Origin: a virus
Taxonomy: Duplodnaviria > Caudoviricetes
IMG/VR virus record: IMGVR_UViG_3300028591_000118
Span: 1-64,000 of that record
Strand: one strand, 5' to 3'
Length of the DNA: 64,000 bases
A model generated the notes under the pieces. The model had not been told where the DNA came from. It made no database searches and worked only from the letters and a program-made list of their open reading frames with translations. Every line of letters begins with the position of its first letter. Position 1 is the first letter of the stretch. Both the position numbers and the translations under genes were made by a program. This document shows positions 30,001 through 41,024 of the stretch, piece by piece.

Positions 30001-32410
30001 GACAGCCGAGTGGAGATATGACAAGATAAGAACCGAGATAGAGCAGACAGCAGATGAAAAACAGAAACATGACGAAAAATGGGCATTGGGTTTGCGATAT
30101 GCGGTTAAGATTATCGACAAGTACAAGGCAGAAAGTGAGATTATAGAAATGGTGTGTAAAGCTATTGACAAATATAAAGTAAAAAGTGAGGAATAAAAAG
30201 AATGACACGATTTAGTATGTTTACTGATGAAGAATTAGATGCTATGGAGTCAGCATTTTGTAACGAGGGATTAGGATATCTTGTTGATGAAATTCGCAGA
30301 GAAAGAAGATACAGAGAAAACAGATAAGGAGAAAGAGGAAATATGAAAAAGATACGTCTATTCTCTGCTAAAGCGATAAAAGACATCGAGGGAGAAGAAG
30401 TCGAACTATACGTCAATTTCTACTTAGTATTGAACAGGAACTATGTTTTCACGTTTTTGATAGACACTCCGATTTTGGTGTGCGGTGACCGGAATCCTAT
30501 TAAATTATGGAAACGGTTTCTGATAATGCTTGAAGAAGCAACTGTTAAATATATGCATAGATATGAAACTTATATTTCGGCAAAATGAAATAAAAGGAGG
30601 AGTAATGAATGAAAGTAACATCAGACACATTGACAGTTACATTTGATGGTAGTTTAGATGATGCAGCAGGAATATGCGTTTCAAGAGTAGTCAATGGAAA
30701 CGTTGTTATCTTGAAAATGGAATTGGGAGAGCAAGCCGATATTTTATATCGTCTTTTAACCGAGCAAATGACAAAGGCTGAGATTAAAGTAGAAAGTGAG
30801 AACATATGACAGATTATAAAGCCTTACTAAAAGGCTATCCAATTTATATAGCCACTAAAGAAATTCAGCGAAAAAAACACCACAAAAAACGTATTAACAA
30901 GAAGTGGCGAAAGAGATATGGAATGATTGAAATCAATTATATGCCACATGGAGAAGTAATAATATTAGAAGAAGATTATCCTGTTATAAGCATGACAAAG
31001 AAAACATACCGAGAATTGATAGGCAGAAAGACTCCTGAAGTCTGTGAAAAAATAGAAAATAAATTTGAAACAAATAGATAAAGCAATTATAGCTCTTGCA
31101 AAATTAGACCTTGTTAACACTACAATTTATTGCACACAAGGAATACAAGAAGATGTTATCAAATATAAAATGATATGTAAGGTAATGAAAAATGATTAAT
31201 AATTATAATTGTAAAACTTGTAATAAATGGTCTAAATGTGAATGTGGAGAAAAAGGATATAAAAATAATACTTCAATAAGATATTTAGTTGGAGTATGTA
31301 AAAATTATGTTCTTAATGAATTACCAAATATTAATTCTCAAAAAATTGGATATTGGAAAGTAAATAGTAACAAAAATATTATTATATGCTGTAATTGTGA
31401 AACATGGTTTAATAATGATCGCTTACAGCTTATGCGGCATTGTCCATATTGTGGAATAGAAATGCGAGGTGCATATGAAACTATTAATTGATATACCTAA
31501 TAATGACTATAAACATATAAAAGAATATTATGAAAAAAACGATATTGTTGAAGCTACATATAGTTATATTTATTATGGTATACCTCAAAAAGTTGGACAT
31601 TGGATAAAATTAAAAAGTAAAAATGGAATATATGTTAAACCGGCAGAATGTTCTATATGTGGTATGCAATTTTTTAATGATGGCAAAGATAATTATTGTC
31701 GAAGTTGTGGAGCGAAAATGGAGAGCGAAAAATGAAATTTCATGATTGTGAAATATACAAATGGAAACAACGAATAAATATATTGCCAACAATAGTTTTA
31801 TTTTGGAATTCCGCAGTATATTTGAAACATAATTTTATAATAGAATTTGATTGGTTATGGTTTCATGGGGAGTTTATATGGACAGAGGATGGTAAAGAAT
31901 AACAGATATAAAACTATCAGTAAATGAAATTGCAAATATATATATAATATTATTATTAATAAATATAATGAATTTACAAATAGACCAAAATAATGTCTTA
32001 TTATTAAAAAATAGGAGGAATAACAAATGTTATTTTGTAGTGGAGAATTAGTTGCACAATTTAAAGATAATGATGATGAAGGTACGTCATCATTTTATCA
32101 AATAGTTAAAATTCTTGAATATAAACCAGAAGGTATGCGTGATAAATATTTAGTAGAAGATTATTATGGAAATAAATTTGAAGAATATAGTTCTAATCTT
32201 ACTAGAAATACTATGCATATAGATAATTGGGATGCTATTGAATATCATTGGGAACATAAATCATTGGATAAAATTAAAAATTATTAATAAATATAAAGAG
32301 GAAAATAAATAATGATATTATCAATTCTTTCATCAATAGTGATATTTTTAATGGGTAGTATATTTGGTTTTCTAATGTGTGCATTATTAAGTGCTAATAA
32401 TTACAAATAA
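27034..32410 (+). other. Mosaic run of short, tightly coupled hypothetical genes, several with Zn-ribbon CxxC pairs
   Basis: ORFs at 27034, 27368, 27555, 28422, 29013, 29401, 29789, 30343, 30609, 30806, 31192, 31475 and 32027; overlapping stop/start junctions; remnants between them. Confidence 0.7.
27555..28115 (+). CDS. Composite protein with a C-terminal Zn ribbon
   Basis: DAISRQAV segment, then CPNC...CPNC. Confidence 0.65.
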   Translation: MTNQEAKEILIDEKNNLKENPNVIVEQCLYDTLDTSIRALLALDKVIIYCKQSSSAILPEDILSLIRGENVEIETDYEYKKFEPCSDAISRQAVLNQTYLWSKDEFLRITNPFDYLRKRINDLPPVNPQEPKTVLYSGDGYADGYMVYDMAECPNCGYKYEDGDKDWGLPFCPNCGQKLNWEGEAE

Positions 32411-32494
32411 ATAATTTAAAATAAACCTCTTTTCTTTATTTTTATAAAAAAATATGATATAATATTTATAGAAAATAAAGAAAAGAGGTTTATT

Positions 32495-33166
32495 ATGTTT
32501 CAGATACCAAAAGAAATCTTAAATCTTTATATCCCATATGAATTTGGACAGGACGTAGAAACTGCAGATGAAACAGACGCTATGATTGAAGTTGAAATGC
32601 AACTTCCCGCAGAATGGACTTATACTTGGGGTGCAACTCAATTTGTTATAATGTCTAAAGAATGGGATTATGTGTTCAAAATTCCTTTTAATGGAGAATG
32701 GCTTTTTGATTATAATAATGATGAGTCTTATTTCAAAGAATTTGATCACAATTATGGTGAAAGAGCATTAGAAAGATATAAACAGGCGGAAGATGCGGGA
32801 ATCGCTTTCCTCTTTGCCCCTACTACAATAGCTTGTTATAGTAAAAATGGTTATCCTATTTATATTCAGCCTAAAATAGAAACATTTAGAGAAACTTGTG
32901 CTAAACATTATCAAGAAAAAACAAAAGAAGAGAAGGACAGCATTAAAGATTTTCTTATGGAGAATTATAATAGTCCAACAAATAGACTTGCTATTGATTG
33001 GCAATATGATGTTATTAAATATTATGGAAAACAAGTTCTTAAAAATCTTCTTGACTTTATTTATGATTATGCAACACAAGTAACAGATCTTCATTACGAT
33101 AATATTGGTTACAATAAAGAAGGTAAACCAGTTATACTTGACTATAGTGATTATTTAGAAGATTAG
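32495..33166 (+). CDS. Protein kinase-like fold protein
   Basis: GATQFV..YVFKIP, catalytic DLHYDNIG and ILDYS motifs. Confidence 0.7.
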   Translation: MFQIPKEILNLYIPYEFGQDVETADETDAMIEVEMQLPAEWTYTWGATQFVIMSKEWDYVFKIPFNGEWLFDYNNDESYFKEFDHNYGERALERYKQAEDAGIAFLFAPTTIACYSKNGYPIYIQPKIETFRETCAKHYQEKTKEEKDSIKDFLMENYNSPTNRLAIDWQYDVIKYYGKQVLKNLLDFIYDYATQVTDLHYDNIGYNKEGKPVILDYSDYLED

Positions 33167-33178
33167 GAGATAATAAAT

Positions 33179-33472
33179 ATGAAATTAAGAGACCTTTTTG
33201 AATACATGGATCCATTAACAGATGTTATAATATGGTATAAAGAAAATCTTGATTTATATGAAAATGATAAAGAAGGAGAACCTGATTATCATGGTTGTAT
33301 TATGGACACTCCTTATTGGCTTACAGAACTTTATATTATAAAGCCTAACAAAGATTTTGGTGGAATGTGGATTACTCCTTGTGCGGGAAGTGATGATGAA
33401 AGTAAAGAAAAATATGGAGATAAGCCATATCTTATTATAACAGTAGAAGAGAGGGAGGATAATGTAAAATGA
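33179..33472 (+). CDS. Hypothetical protein
   Basis: AGGAG RBS. Confidence 0.6.
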   Translation: MKLRDLFEYMDPLTDVIIWYKENLDLYENDKEGEPDYHGCIMDTPYWLTELYIIKPNKDFGGMWITPCAGSDDESKEKYGDKPYLIITVEEREDNVK

Positions 33473-33714
33473 TGTCACCAATGAAAATAGAAACTCTTAA
33501 AAATATTGCAAAAGCAATGTCTGAGGAAGAAAAAGAATTAGTTTTAGCTTACTTTCCTACTAAAATGATAAAGAATGAAATAGCAAGGCGGGAAGTATCT
33601 ATTACAAGAAAAGTAGATGAAGTAAGTATGATTGTGCGGGAATCACTTAATAAAGATAGTACTCTTGAAAATAAAGAAAAGTGTATTAAAGTATTAAAAA
33701 ATGTTCTTGCTTAA
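33469..33714 (+). CDS. Hypothetical protein
   Basis: GGAGG RBS; terminator follows. Confidence 0.6.
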   Translation: MMSPMKIETLKNIAKAMSEEEKELVLAYFPTKMIKNEIARREVSITRKVDEVSMIVRESLNKDSTLENKEKCIKVLKNVLA

Positions 33715-33956
33715 TATTAAAAGAGGAAGATAAATAATCTTCCTCTTTATTTTTATAAAAAAATATGATATAATATTATTAGAAAGATAGAAAAGAGGTG
33801 TTTATTTATGTTTACTTATTATTTCTTTTTAAAAGACCTTAAAACAAAAGAAGAGATAATAATAGCCAATATTGATTTTCTTGGAGAAATAGGCGACAAA
33901 ATAATTTATAATGGCAAGAAATATATAGTATTAGATTATGCATGGGAATATGAATA

Positions 33957-34553
33957 ATGAATAAACAAGAGAAAGAGATAAGCGCGGAAGGCGCTGCTAA
34001 AAAACTTCAATGGCTAGAGTTAAGAGGGTTTTCTCCTGAAGGTATTGGTTATCATATTAATGGAGAAACTTATTCAATTAAAGATATGCTAAAAGAAGAT
34101 GGATTTAAATATCATCCTATTCTGGGTTGGATAAGATCTTATTCTGATGGATACGAAGATAAAGTATCTAAAGTAAATATTAATGATGTTGCGGAATTCG
34201 ATATATTTGGGGAAGTTCATTTTTATCTAAACGCTAAAGAAATATTAGATGCGGCGGACCAGTCGAAAACCGTTTTACACCTGGAACCCGCAGATTTTTA
34301 TGGCATGATTGGGGATAAAATTAAAAATCTTATGATTACTTTTATTGACCGAAAATCATTTATGGGTAAATGGGGACTAACTAATATTTATTCATTTGTT
34401 GACTCAGATGGTCATTTATTTGTATGGTTTACATCTAAAACAATATATAAGGAAATAAATGATGTATTTCCAATTCAAGGAACTATAAAAGGGTTTGATA
34501 CTTTTAATGGAAATAAGCAGACTATAATAACTAGAGTGTCTATTATGGGATAG
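33957..34553 (+). CDS. Hypothetical protein with a C-terminal OB-fold-like domain
   Basis: FVWFTS...IQGTIK...KQTIITRV beta pattern. Confidence 0.55.
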   Translation: MNKQEKEISAEGAAKKLQWLELRGFSPEGIGYHINGETYSIKDMLKEDGFKYHPILGWIRSYSDGYEDKVSKVNINDVAEFDIFGEVHFYLNAKEILDAADQSKTVLHLEPADFYGMIGDKIKNLMITFIDRKSFMGKWGLTNIYSFVDSDGHLFVWFTSKTIYKEINDVFPIQGTIKGFDTFNGNKQTIITRVSIMG

Positions 34554-34803
34554 TATGGATATTAAGACTAAACAAGAAGATTATTTAATAACTCTTATAG
34601 AGCAATTAAAGAGAGAGAATAATAATCTTCGTATAGAAAATATAAAACTACAGAAAAAGTATGATGATCTATTAGAGAAGTTCCGAAAAGTCGGTGCAGC
34701 CGCCTTTAAATCGGTATATAATTAACTATTGAATTTTATAAAAAAATTTGATATAATATAATTGTAAAGAAAAAGAGATAGTAAAAAGAAAGAAGGTGTA
34801 ATT

Positions 34804-35292
34804 ATGGGTGTAGATATTCATATGCAGGTATTTAAAGACAATAAAATATACGCAGAAGAGATTTTTGATGGTCGTAATTCTGATTGGTTTGCTAATCTTG
34901 CAGGTAATGGTTGGGATAAGGAATATGATTATCTTCCCACTGAGTGGGGAGTTCCTGAAAATTGTCCTGATAAATACAAAGAGATTTATACTAATGCTAA
35001 AGAAAATTGTTACTATGACTTTAGATACTTTAGAGTTAAAGATTTTGTAGATTGGTTTGAAAAATATAAACCTAATCTGAAAGCGGGATGGGCTTCTGTT
35101 TATGAAGAGTGGGCATATAAAACCAAAGGAATATGTCCTGAGGAACTTCCCCAAACAAAACCTGATGATAATGACGTATATGTATTCATAGAATATGAAA
35201 ATAAATGGGATTGTTCTAAATGGCTTTATGTTTATATAAAAGAAAATAATCTTTCTGATGAAGATATAATTTTCTTTTACTTTGATTGTTAA
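34804..35292 (+). CDS. Hypothetical protein
   Basis: MGVDIH...GRNSDWF...FYFDC; own promoter. Confidence 0.7.
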   Translation: MGVDIHMQVFKDNKIYAEEIFDGRNSDWFANLAGNGWDKEYDYLPTEWGVPENCPDKYKEIYTNAKENCYYDFRYFRVKDFVDWFEKYKPNLKAGWASVYEEWAYKTKGICPEELPQTKPDDNDVYVFIEYENKWDCSKWLYVYIKENNLSDEDIIFFYFDC

Positions 35293-35385
35293 TAAAAAGG
35301 CGGGATGCGTATCTCCCGCCATTTTTGATTTTTATAAAAAAATATGATATAATATTTATAGAAAATAAGAAAAGAGGTAAATATT

Positions 35386-35637
35386 ATGTTTGATGTAAGA
35401 CATATTGATTTAGCGGATGGCGCTTACACCGGTTCCCGCATAAATGGTGCGGAATGTGCCATAATGACTCATATGGAAGCACTTGATAATATAATAAATG
35501 AATTTAAAAGATTATATAATCCAGATGAAGATATTCCAGAAGAGTTATTAAATAATATAATATTTAATTATGGTATGGATATAACTCAAACAGATGCAAA
35601 TTATATTTCAGCAAAATTGAATTATTATTATTGTTAA
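35386..35637 (+). CDS. Hypothetical protein
   Basis: Promoter and RBS. Confidence 0.6.
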   Translation: MFDVRHIDLADGAYTGSRINGAECAIMTHMEALDNIINEFKRLYNPDEDIPEELLNNIIFNYGMDITQTDANYISAKLNYYYC

Positions 35638-35653
35638 GGAAAAAGGAGTTAAT

Positions 35654-37615
35654 ATGTCAAAGTATATAAATCTTATAGATAAATTATCAGATTTAGATAA
35701 GAAAAGAATAGAAAATTATATTTATACATATGGAGCTAATGAAGATAATTTCATAGGCTTAGAAAATTGGCTTCAAAATTGGTCACATAGTAATCAAAAA
35801 TTATATAAGTTGCTTGGTAATAAACTTATATATTCTGAACCTTTTGAATATGATAGACCTTCCGCAGATTTGAACTTTGAAGCAAAGGAACTTTTATATA
35901 ATGCTAAATTTAAGGAAAGTTATCATAGATTTTACCATGATATAATAGTTCCTAGGTTTAAAGCTGGTTCAGATGAAAGAATATTTTTTAATAGTTTATT
36001 AGATGTAGATAATCTTGTAGAAAATAAAGTTTATGATAGTATAAAGTATAAAAAAGATGAAAATAGTAATTTATTACAGATTTCTAAAGGTACTAAATTA
36101 ATAAGAGCTTGTCAGAAAGTAATAAATTACTTTAAAAATGAATGGACTTTTGAAGGTTTTGAAGAGTTTAGACTTGCTCATTCTATGCTTTTAAATAATA
36201 AAAAGAATAAGGGTGAATTATGCTTTTCCATACATCCTCTTGACTTTATGACAATGAGTGATAATGCTTCTTCATGGTCTTCTTGTATGACTTGGGTTGA
36301 AGACGGATGTTATCATATTGGTACAGTTGAAATGATGAATTCTAACTGTGTTCTTTGTTGTTATATTAAATCAAATGATACCGATTTTAATTTTTCTAAG
36401 GATAAAGAAGACTCTGAAAATTGGATTTGGAATAATAAGAAATGGCGGCAGTTGGCTTATGTGACTAAAGATATAATTATGAGCGGGAAGGCATATCCTT
36501 ATCAGAATAATGCTTTCTCTACTATTGTTATAACCAAAATTAAAGAGTTGGCTAAAGCAAATCTTAATTGGGATTATGAATTTGGACCTGAATCTTATCG
36601 AGATATGATCCATTTATTTGAAACATATTCCATAAATAGAGCTAGAGATTATATGAAGTATAATCCTAGAAAGCATAACATTATATGGGATACCCGCGGA
36701 ATGTATAATGATATGATTAATGATCATATCACTAATTATATGTGCTATAGAAATAAAGTTAAGCATACCAAAATTATAAATGTAAGCGGGAAGGCTCCTT
36801 GTCTTTGTTGTGGAAATCAGGTCATTGAAGAAAATGATTATGACAGTAATCTTTATAATGAGAGATATCGTAATGTTGGCTCTGTTGTTTGTCCAGAATG
36901 CTATAATAATACTCCTTATTGTGAATTAGGAGATCATACGATGGGGCCTCTTAAAAAACCTTTAGATATTACTTTTGAAAGTGGAACTTCTATTGTTTCT
37001 TGTCCAACCTGTTTTCATGACTCTTTAAGAATTTGTGATTGCTGTGGAAAAGTAATATCTATTAATTATAGTAATTCAAATTTTGCTTTTTATATAGCTG
37101 AAAAATTAAATAGAATAACAGATGGAAAAAATATTGAAATGACTCCCTCTGAACATTTTAAATATTATAATAGTGATTCTCCTTCTATATATATAACTAA
37201 TAGAATTTCATTAACAGACGAAGATTATCAAAAAGATAGAGCACTTTTAAGAAAAATAACTTTTTGTCAGGATTGCTTTGAAAAGGCTAGAAAAGAGCAT
37301 AAAGTAAATTGTATTCTAATAGATAATTATTGGAATTCTCCTACTTTTTACTTTATTATAGATAGTGACAAATATCCTGAATATAAAAAGATACTTAAAA
37401 ATCCTATACCGCATGATGATTCAATGAAAATTATAAATGATTACTTAGATACAAAAAATGTAGAAGGTTATAATAATGTTCCTACTTTTATTAAACCTAA
37501 TTATTTTACAAGACTTAATGTATTTTATGATAAGTATTCATTGGAACAGAGGATAGAATTTTTTAAAGAATATCCTTGTCATGAAGTATGTAATATTAAT
37601 TACAAAGAAAAATAA
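35654..37615 (+). CDS. Large phage protein with multiple CxxC motifs
   Basis: 653 aa; SIHPLDFMTMS...WSSCM motif and several Zn-binding pairs. Confidence 0.75.
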   Translation: MSKYINLIDKLSDLDKKRIENYIYTYGANEDNFIGLENWLQNWSHSNQKLYKLLGNKLIYSEPFEYDRPSADLNFEAKELLYNAKFKESYHRFYHDIIVPRFKAGSDERIFFNSLLDVDNLVENKVYDSIKYKKDENSNLLQISKGTKLIRACQKVINYFKNEWTFEGFEEFRLAHSMLLNNKKNKGELCFSIHPLDFMTMSDNASSWSSCMTWVEDGCYHIGTVEMMNSNCVLCCYIKSNDTDFNFSKDKEDSENWIWNNKKWRQLAYVTKDIIMSGKAYPYQNNAFSTIVITKIKELAKANLNWDYEFGPESYRDMIHLFETYSINRARDYMKYNPRKHNIIWDTRGMYNDMINDHITNYMCYRNKVKHTKIINVSGKAPCLCCGNQVIEENDYDSNLYNERYRNVGSVVCPECYNNTPYCELGDHTMGPLKKPLDITFESGTSIVSCPTCFHDSLRICDCCGKVISINYSNSNFAFYIAEKLNRITDGKNIEMTPSEHFKYYNSDSPSIYITNRISLTDEDYQKDRALLRKITFCQDCFEKARKEHKVNCILIDNYWNSPTFYFIIDSDKYPEYKKILKNPIPHDDSMKIINDYLDTKNVEGYNNVPTFIKPNYFTRLNVFYDKYSLEQRIEFFKEYPCHEVCNINYKEK

Positions 37616-37707
37616 AAAATAATTTGATTTCTATAAAAATTTTTGATATAATATAATTAAAGAAAAGGAAATAAAAAATACATTTTTGAAAGGAAAGGAA
37701 TTTAATT

Positions 37708-38106
37708 ATGGAAAAGAAGATGACAAAGAAAATCGTTGTAACTGCTATCGCTAAGGTTGCTGAGGGTGCTACTCTTCCTGTTGAGGTTGAGGGTTTCACT
37801 GTTACGGCAGAGGATGTTCTCAATTATGCTAATAGAACAATCGAGCTGCTTGACTCTAAGGCTGCTAAGGCTAAGGAAAAGGCTGCTGAGAAGAAGGAGG
37901 CGGGAGACGCATTGCGTACTGCTATAAAGGAAGTTCTCACAAATGAGCCTGCTTATATTGCTGATATTGTAGCAAAGCTTGAGGATGAAGATGCAACTAA
38001 CGCAAAGGTTGTAACCAGACTTTCTCAGCTTGTTAAGGCTGGTGAGGTTATAAAGGCTCCTGAGAAGGTTGATGGTCGCACTCTTATGACCTATAGACTT
38101 GCATAA
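37708..38106 (+). CDS. Winged-helix-like DNA-binding protein (third paralogue)
   Basis: TNAKVVTRLSQLVKAGEVIK; terminator related to those of 17002 and 22477. Confidence 0.6.
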   Translation: MEKKMTKKIVVTAIAKVAEGATLPVEVEGFTVTAEDVLNYANRTIELLDSKAAKAKEKAAEKKEAGDALRTAIKEVLTNEPAYIADIVAKLEDEDATNAKVVTRLSQLVKAGEVIKAPEKVDGRTLMTYRLA

Positions 38107-38214
38107 TATAAAACTAAATATAATAGCGAGGTACATAAGTACCTCGCTTTTTTATTGACTTTTATAAAAATTTTTGTTATAATATAATTAAGATAGAATG
38201 AATAGAGGTGTTTT

Positions 38215-39081
38215 ATGAAATACGCAATTAGTTATAATCCAAAAATAAAAGATTATAGCCAAGCAGATGAAATCATATTAGCATATCAAAATCATATAAT
38301 TGATATAGTTAATAAATATATCAAGCCAGAACAGAAAGTTATTATAAATATTCCTGAATATGGTGAAGATAAACTTGAAGATTTGCTTGTTATAAAAGAA
38401 AAATATAATAATTTACTTGTTCAATTCTCCATAAATGATAATGAAGAATGGATACAGTATATGAAAGATGCGGGAATCCCCTTCATGTTTTCTGATTTTG
38501 CTAGAACAAGAGCAGAAATAGATTGTATGTGTAAGGCGGGAGCCGCTGAAGTTTATGTTGTTGAAGACCTTGGTTTTGCATTAAAAGAACTCCAGTTTTA
38601 TAGAAAGAAGTATAATGTAAAATTTAGAGTATTCCCTGATATAGCACAATATCCAAAAGGAATGAGTAAATACGTTCCCGCAATATTAAAATTCTTTATC
38701 AGACCAGAAGATACTGATTTATATGAAGAATATGTGGATACATTTGAGATTTTTAGAAATGATGATAGAGCTTCTGTTGTTTTAAGTATATATAAACAAA
38801 AGCAGTGGTTAGGAAATCTTAATATGTTAATCATTGGTTTTAAAGATGAATTAGATAATACAACGATAGCTCCTCATTTTGGACAGATAAGATTAAATTG
38901 TAATAAAATGTGCCTTGAAGATAAGTGTTTTATATGTCCAGAGATAACTAAATTAGCGGAAGGTTTTAAGAAAGCAAATTTAGAGATAGTAAGAAAAAGA
39001 TATAAGTCATTAAATGATATGACAGAAGAAGAAAAAGAAAAGATAATGAGTTTGTTAGATAAAGAAGATAAAGAGGTATAA
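38215..39081 (+). CDS. Hypothetical protein, U32-peptidase-like/Fe-S candidate
   Basis: FFIRPED...YVDTFEI and C-terminal C..C...C..C. Confidence 0.45.
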   Translation: MKYAISYNPKIKDYSQADEIILAYQNHIIDIVNKYIKPEQKVIINIPEYGEDKLEDLLVIKEKYNNLLVQFSINDNEEWIQYMKDAGIPFMFSDFARTRAEIDCMCKAGAAEVYVVEDLGFALKELQFYRKKYNVKFRVFPDIAQYPKGMSKYVPAILKFFIRPEDTDLYEEYVDTFEIFRNDDRASVVLSIYKQKQWLGNLNMLIIGFKDELDNTTIAPHFGQIRLNCNKMCLEDKCFICPEITKLAEGFKKANLEIVRKRYKSLNDMTEEEKEKIMSLLDKEDKEV

Positions 39082-39993
39082 ATGAATTTATCATTAATAA
39101 AAAAATTATGTGTTGTTAAGAAGATAGAATTATATAATGTACTTTTTAAATACTTAAAAAAGTATGGTTATAAAAATATAATAGCAAAACCTAAATATAT
39201 AATGGCGGAAGGTGATCTTCCAATTTGTTTAATTGCTCATATGGATACTGTATTTTCATATGAACCTTATATGGATGATTTCTTTTATGATGCTCATAAA
39301 AAAGTATTATGGAACCCAGGCGGATCTGGTTTTGATGATAGGGCGGGAATTTATATTATACTTAATCTATTAAATGAAGGATTTAGACCGCATATTATCT
39401 TTACAGATGAAGAAGAAATGGGCGGGATTGGTGCTCATGAATTAATTGGTGATTTTTCAGAATGTCCATTTGAAGATTGTAGAGCATTAGTGCAATTAGA
39501 CAGGGCTAATAGAAACGATTGTGTGTTTTACTTTTGTGATAATAAAAATTTTGAAAAGTATATTTTTAGTTTCGGGTTTAAGTTTGATATAGGTACTTTT
39601 ACAGATATTAGTATTATAGCGCCAGCTTGGAAAATTGCTGCGGTAAATCTTTCTGTTGGATACGAAGATGAACATACTTCCTGTGAAAGATTGCATTGTA
39701 ATTGGTGTGATGAAACTTTAAATAAAGTTAGAAGAATGTTAACTTTAAGTCCTAATATGAAAAAGTATATTTATATATCTAAACAACGTACTTATTCAAA
39801 ATTAAGACCGTGGAATTGTTCACCAAAAGAAGATGATTATGGATTTTTGAATGAAATATTTGATTATGGGAATACTTGTTTAATATGCGGGAAGGACTTA
39901 TCTAAAGAAGAGCATACTACCGTTGTAGATAATGAGTATAATTATAGAGTCTGTGATGACTGTTGGAATAAATATTATAGTGATATTAATTGA
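39082..39993 (+). CDS. M20/M28-clan zinc peptidase
   Basis: AHMDTV, GFDDRAG, DEEMG and EHT metal ligands. Confidence 0.8.
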   Translation: MNLSLIKKLCVVKKIELYNVLFKYLKKYGYKNIIAKPKYIMAEGDLPICLIAHMDTVFSYEPYMDDFFYDAHKKVLWNPGGSGFDDRAGIYIILNLLNEGFRPHIIFTDEEEMGGIGAHELIGDFSECPFEDCRALVQLDRANRNDCVFYFCDNKNFEKYIFSFGFKFDIGTFTDISIIAPAWKIAAVNLSVGYEDEHTSCERLHCNWCDETLNKVRRMLTLSPNMKKYIYISKQRTYSKLRPWNCSPKEDDYGFLNEIFDYGNTCLICGKDLSKEEHTTVVDNEYNYRVCDDCWNKYYSDIN

Positions 39994-40018
39994 TTTTTAT
40001 AAAAAAATATGATATAAT
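39990..40018 (+). promoter_or_regulatory. Representative of a near-identical SigA promoter TTGATTTTTATAAAAAAATATGATATAAT recurring in the middle region
   Basis: Close copies near 26872, 34729, 35326, 37625, 38155, 41678, 58756 and 60447. Confidence 0.75.
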
Positions 40019-40049
40019 ATTTTTATAAGATAAAGAAAGGAAAAAATTT

Positions 40050-40325
40050 ATGGCAAAGGGTTCTATTGCAAAAGATGTTATAACAAAGAAGATACTTGAA
40101 ACTTTTGATGGTGCTTTTACTTATGACAAGGAAATAAGAATTCCGATACTAGAGAATGGTGAAACTGTCCAGATCAAGGTTGCATTAACCTGTGCTAAGG
40201 TTAATGTTGAGAATGGTGCGGGAGGTGCTGTTGAAACATCAGTTGGGACTAGTCCCACCGCCGCAACTATAACAGAAGAGGAAAAGAAAGAAGTAGATAA
40301 TTTAATAGAAAAGTTGGGATTATAA
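40050..40325 (+). CDS. Hypothetical protein
   Basis: Promoter and RBS. Confidence 0.7.
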   Translation: MAKGSIAKDVITKKILETFDGAFTYDKEIRIPILENGETVQIKVALTCAKVNVENGAGGAVETSVGTSPTAATITEEEKKEVDNLIEKLGL

Positions 40326-40326
40326 A

Positions 40327-40608
40327 ATGTTGTGGAAAGCGGAAGAATGGAAACAAAATGGTAAATGGTATTGTAATTGTGTTAGCAATCTAGGAAAAGA
40401 CTCTGGATTATGGTATCATCCAGCTAGAATATTAGGAATTTCACCCGCCGCATTTCTGGAACTGCTTATAACAAAATATAAGCCTGATAATTTCTATTAT
40501 AATAAGAAATCTGGTTTCTGCTCTTGGTCATGGAGTTCTCAAAAACAGATGAGAACCTTTAAAAATTGGATAAATGCGGAAGCAAGAAAGAAAAATTATC
40601 AAATTTAG
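40327..40608 (+). CDS. Hypothetical protein
   Basis: Operonic; W-rich. Confidence 0.6.
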   Translation: MLWKAEEWKQNGKWYCNCVSNLGKDSGLWYHPARILGISPAAFLELLITKYKPDNFYYNKKSGFCSWSWSSQKQMRTFKNWINAEARKKNYQI

Positions 40609-41024
40609 GGCAAAAATATCTTATTCTATTAATTAAAAATTAAAATATAATAAGATTTTATGTAAAAGAGGTGGATGTGATGCTCATCCTCAAAGTAGTA
40701 TATAATGATAAAGCAGGGTACTGCGAACCCCCATTTTCATTTAGCAACCTACGCCGTTATAATAAGTCCCCTTCAGCGGGAGGGGCTTAATAAATATCCC
40801 GCTTTTATATACTGAATAGGGCAGAATGATATAAAATATATCATCCTATTGTTATAAATCGTGGAAGTTGGATGGAGCAGAGTAGCTGAAACTCCGCAAC
40901 TTATGAGCTATAACCTACTTAAGGGTGGAAGACCTTATTGAAGTTCATTACTTCGAGTAGGTTTTTACTATTATAAAACTGTCATTTTTCTCTTGTATAG
41001 GCTTAGGCAGTAAGGAGAGGATAA

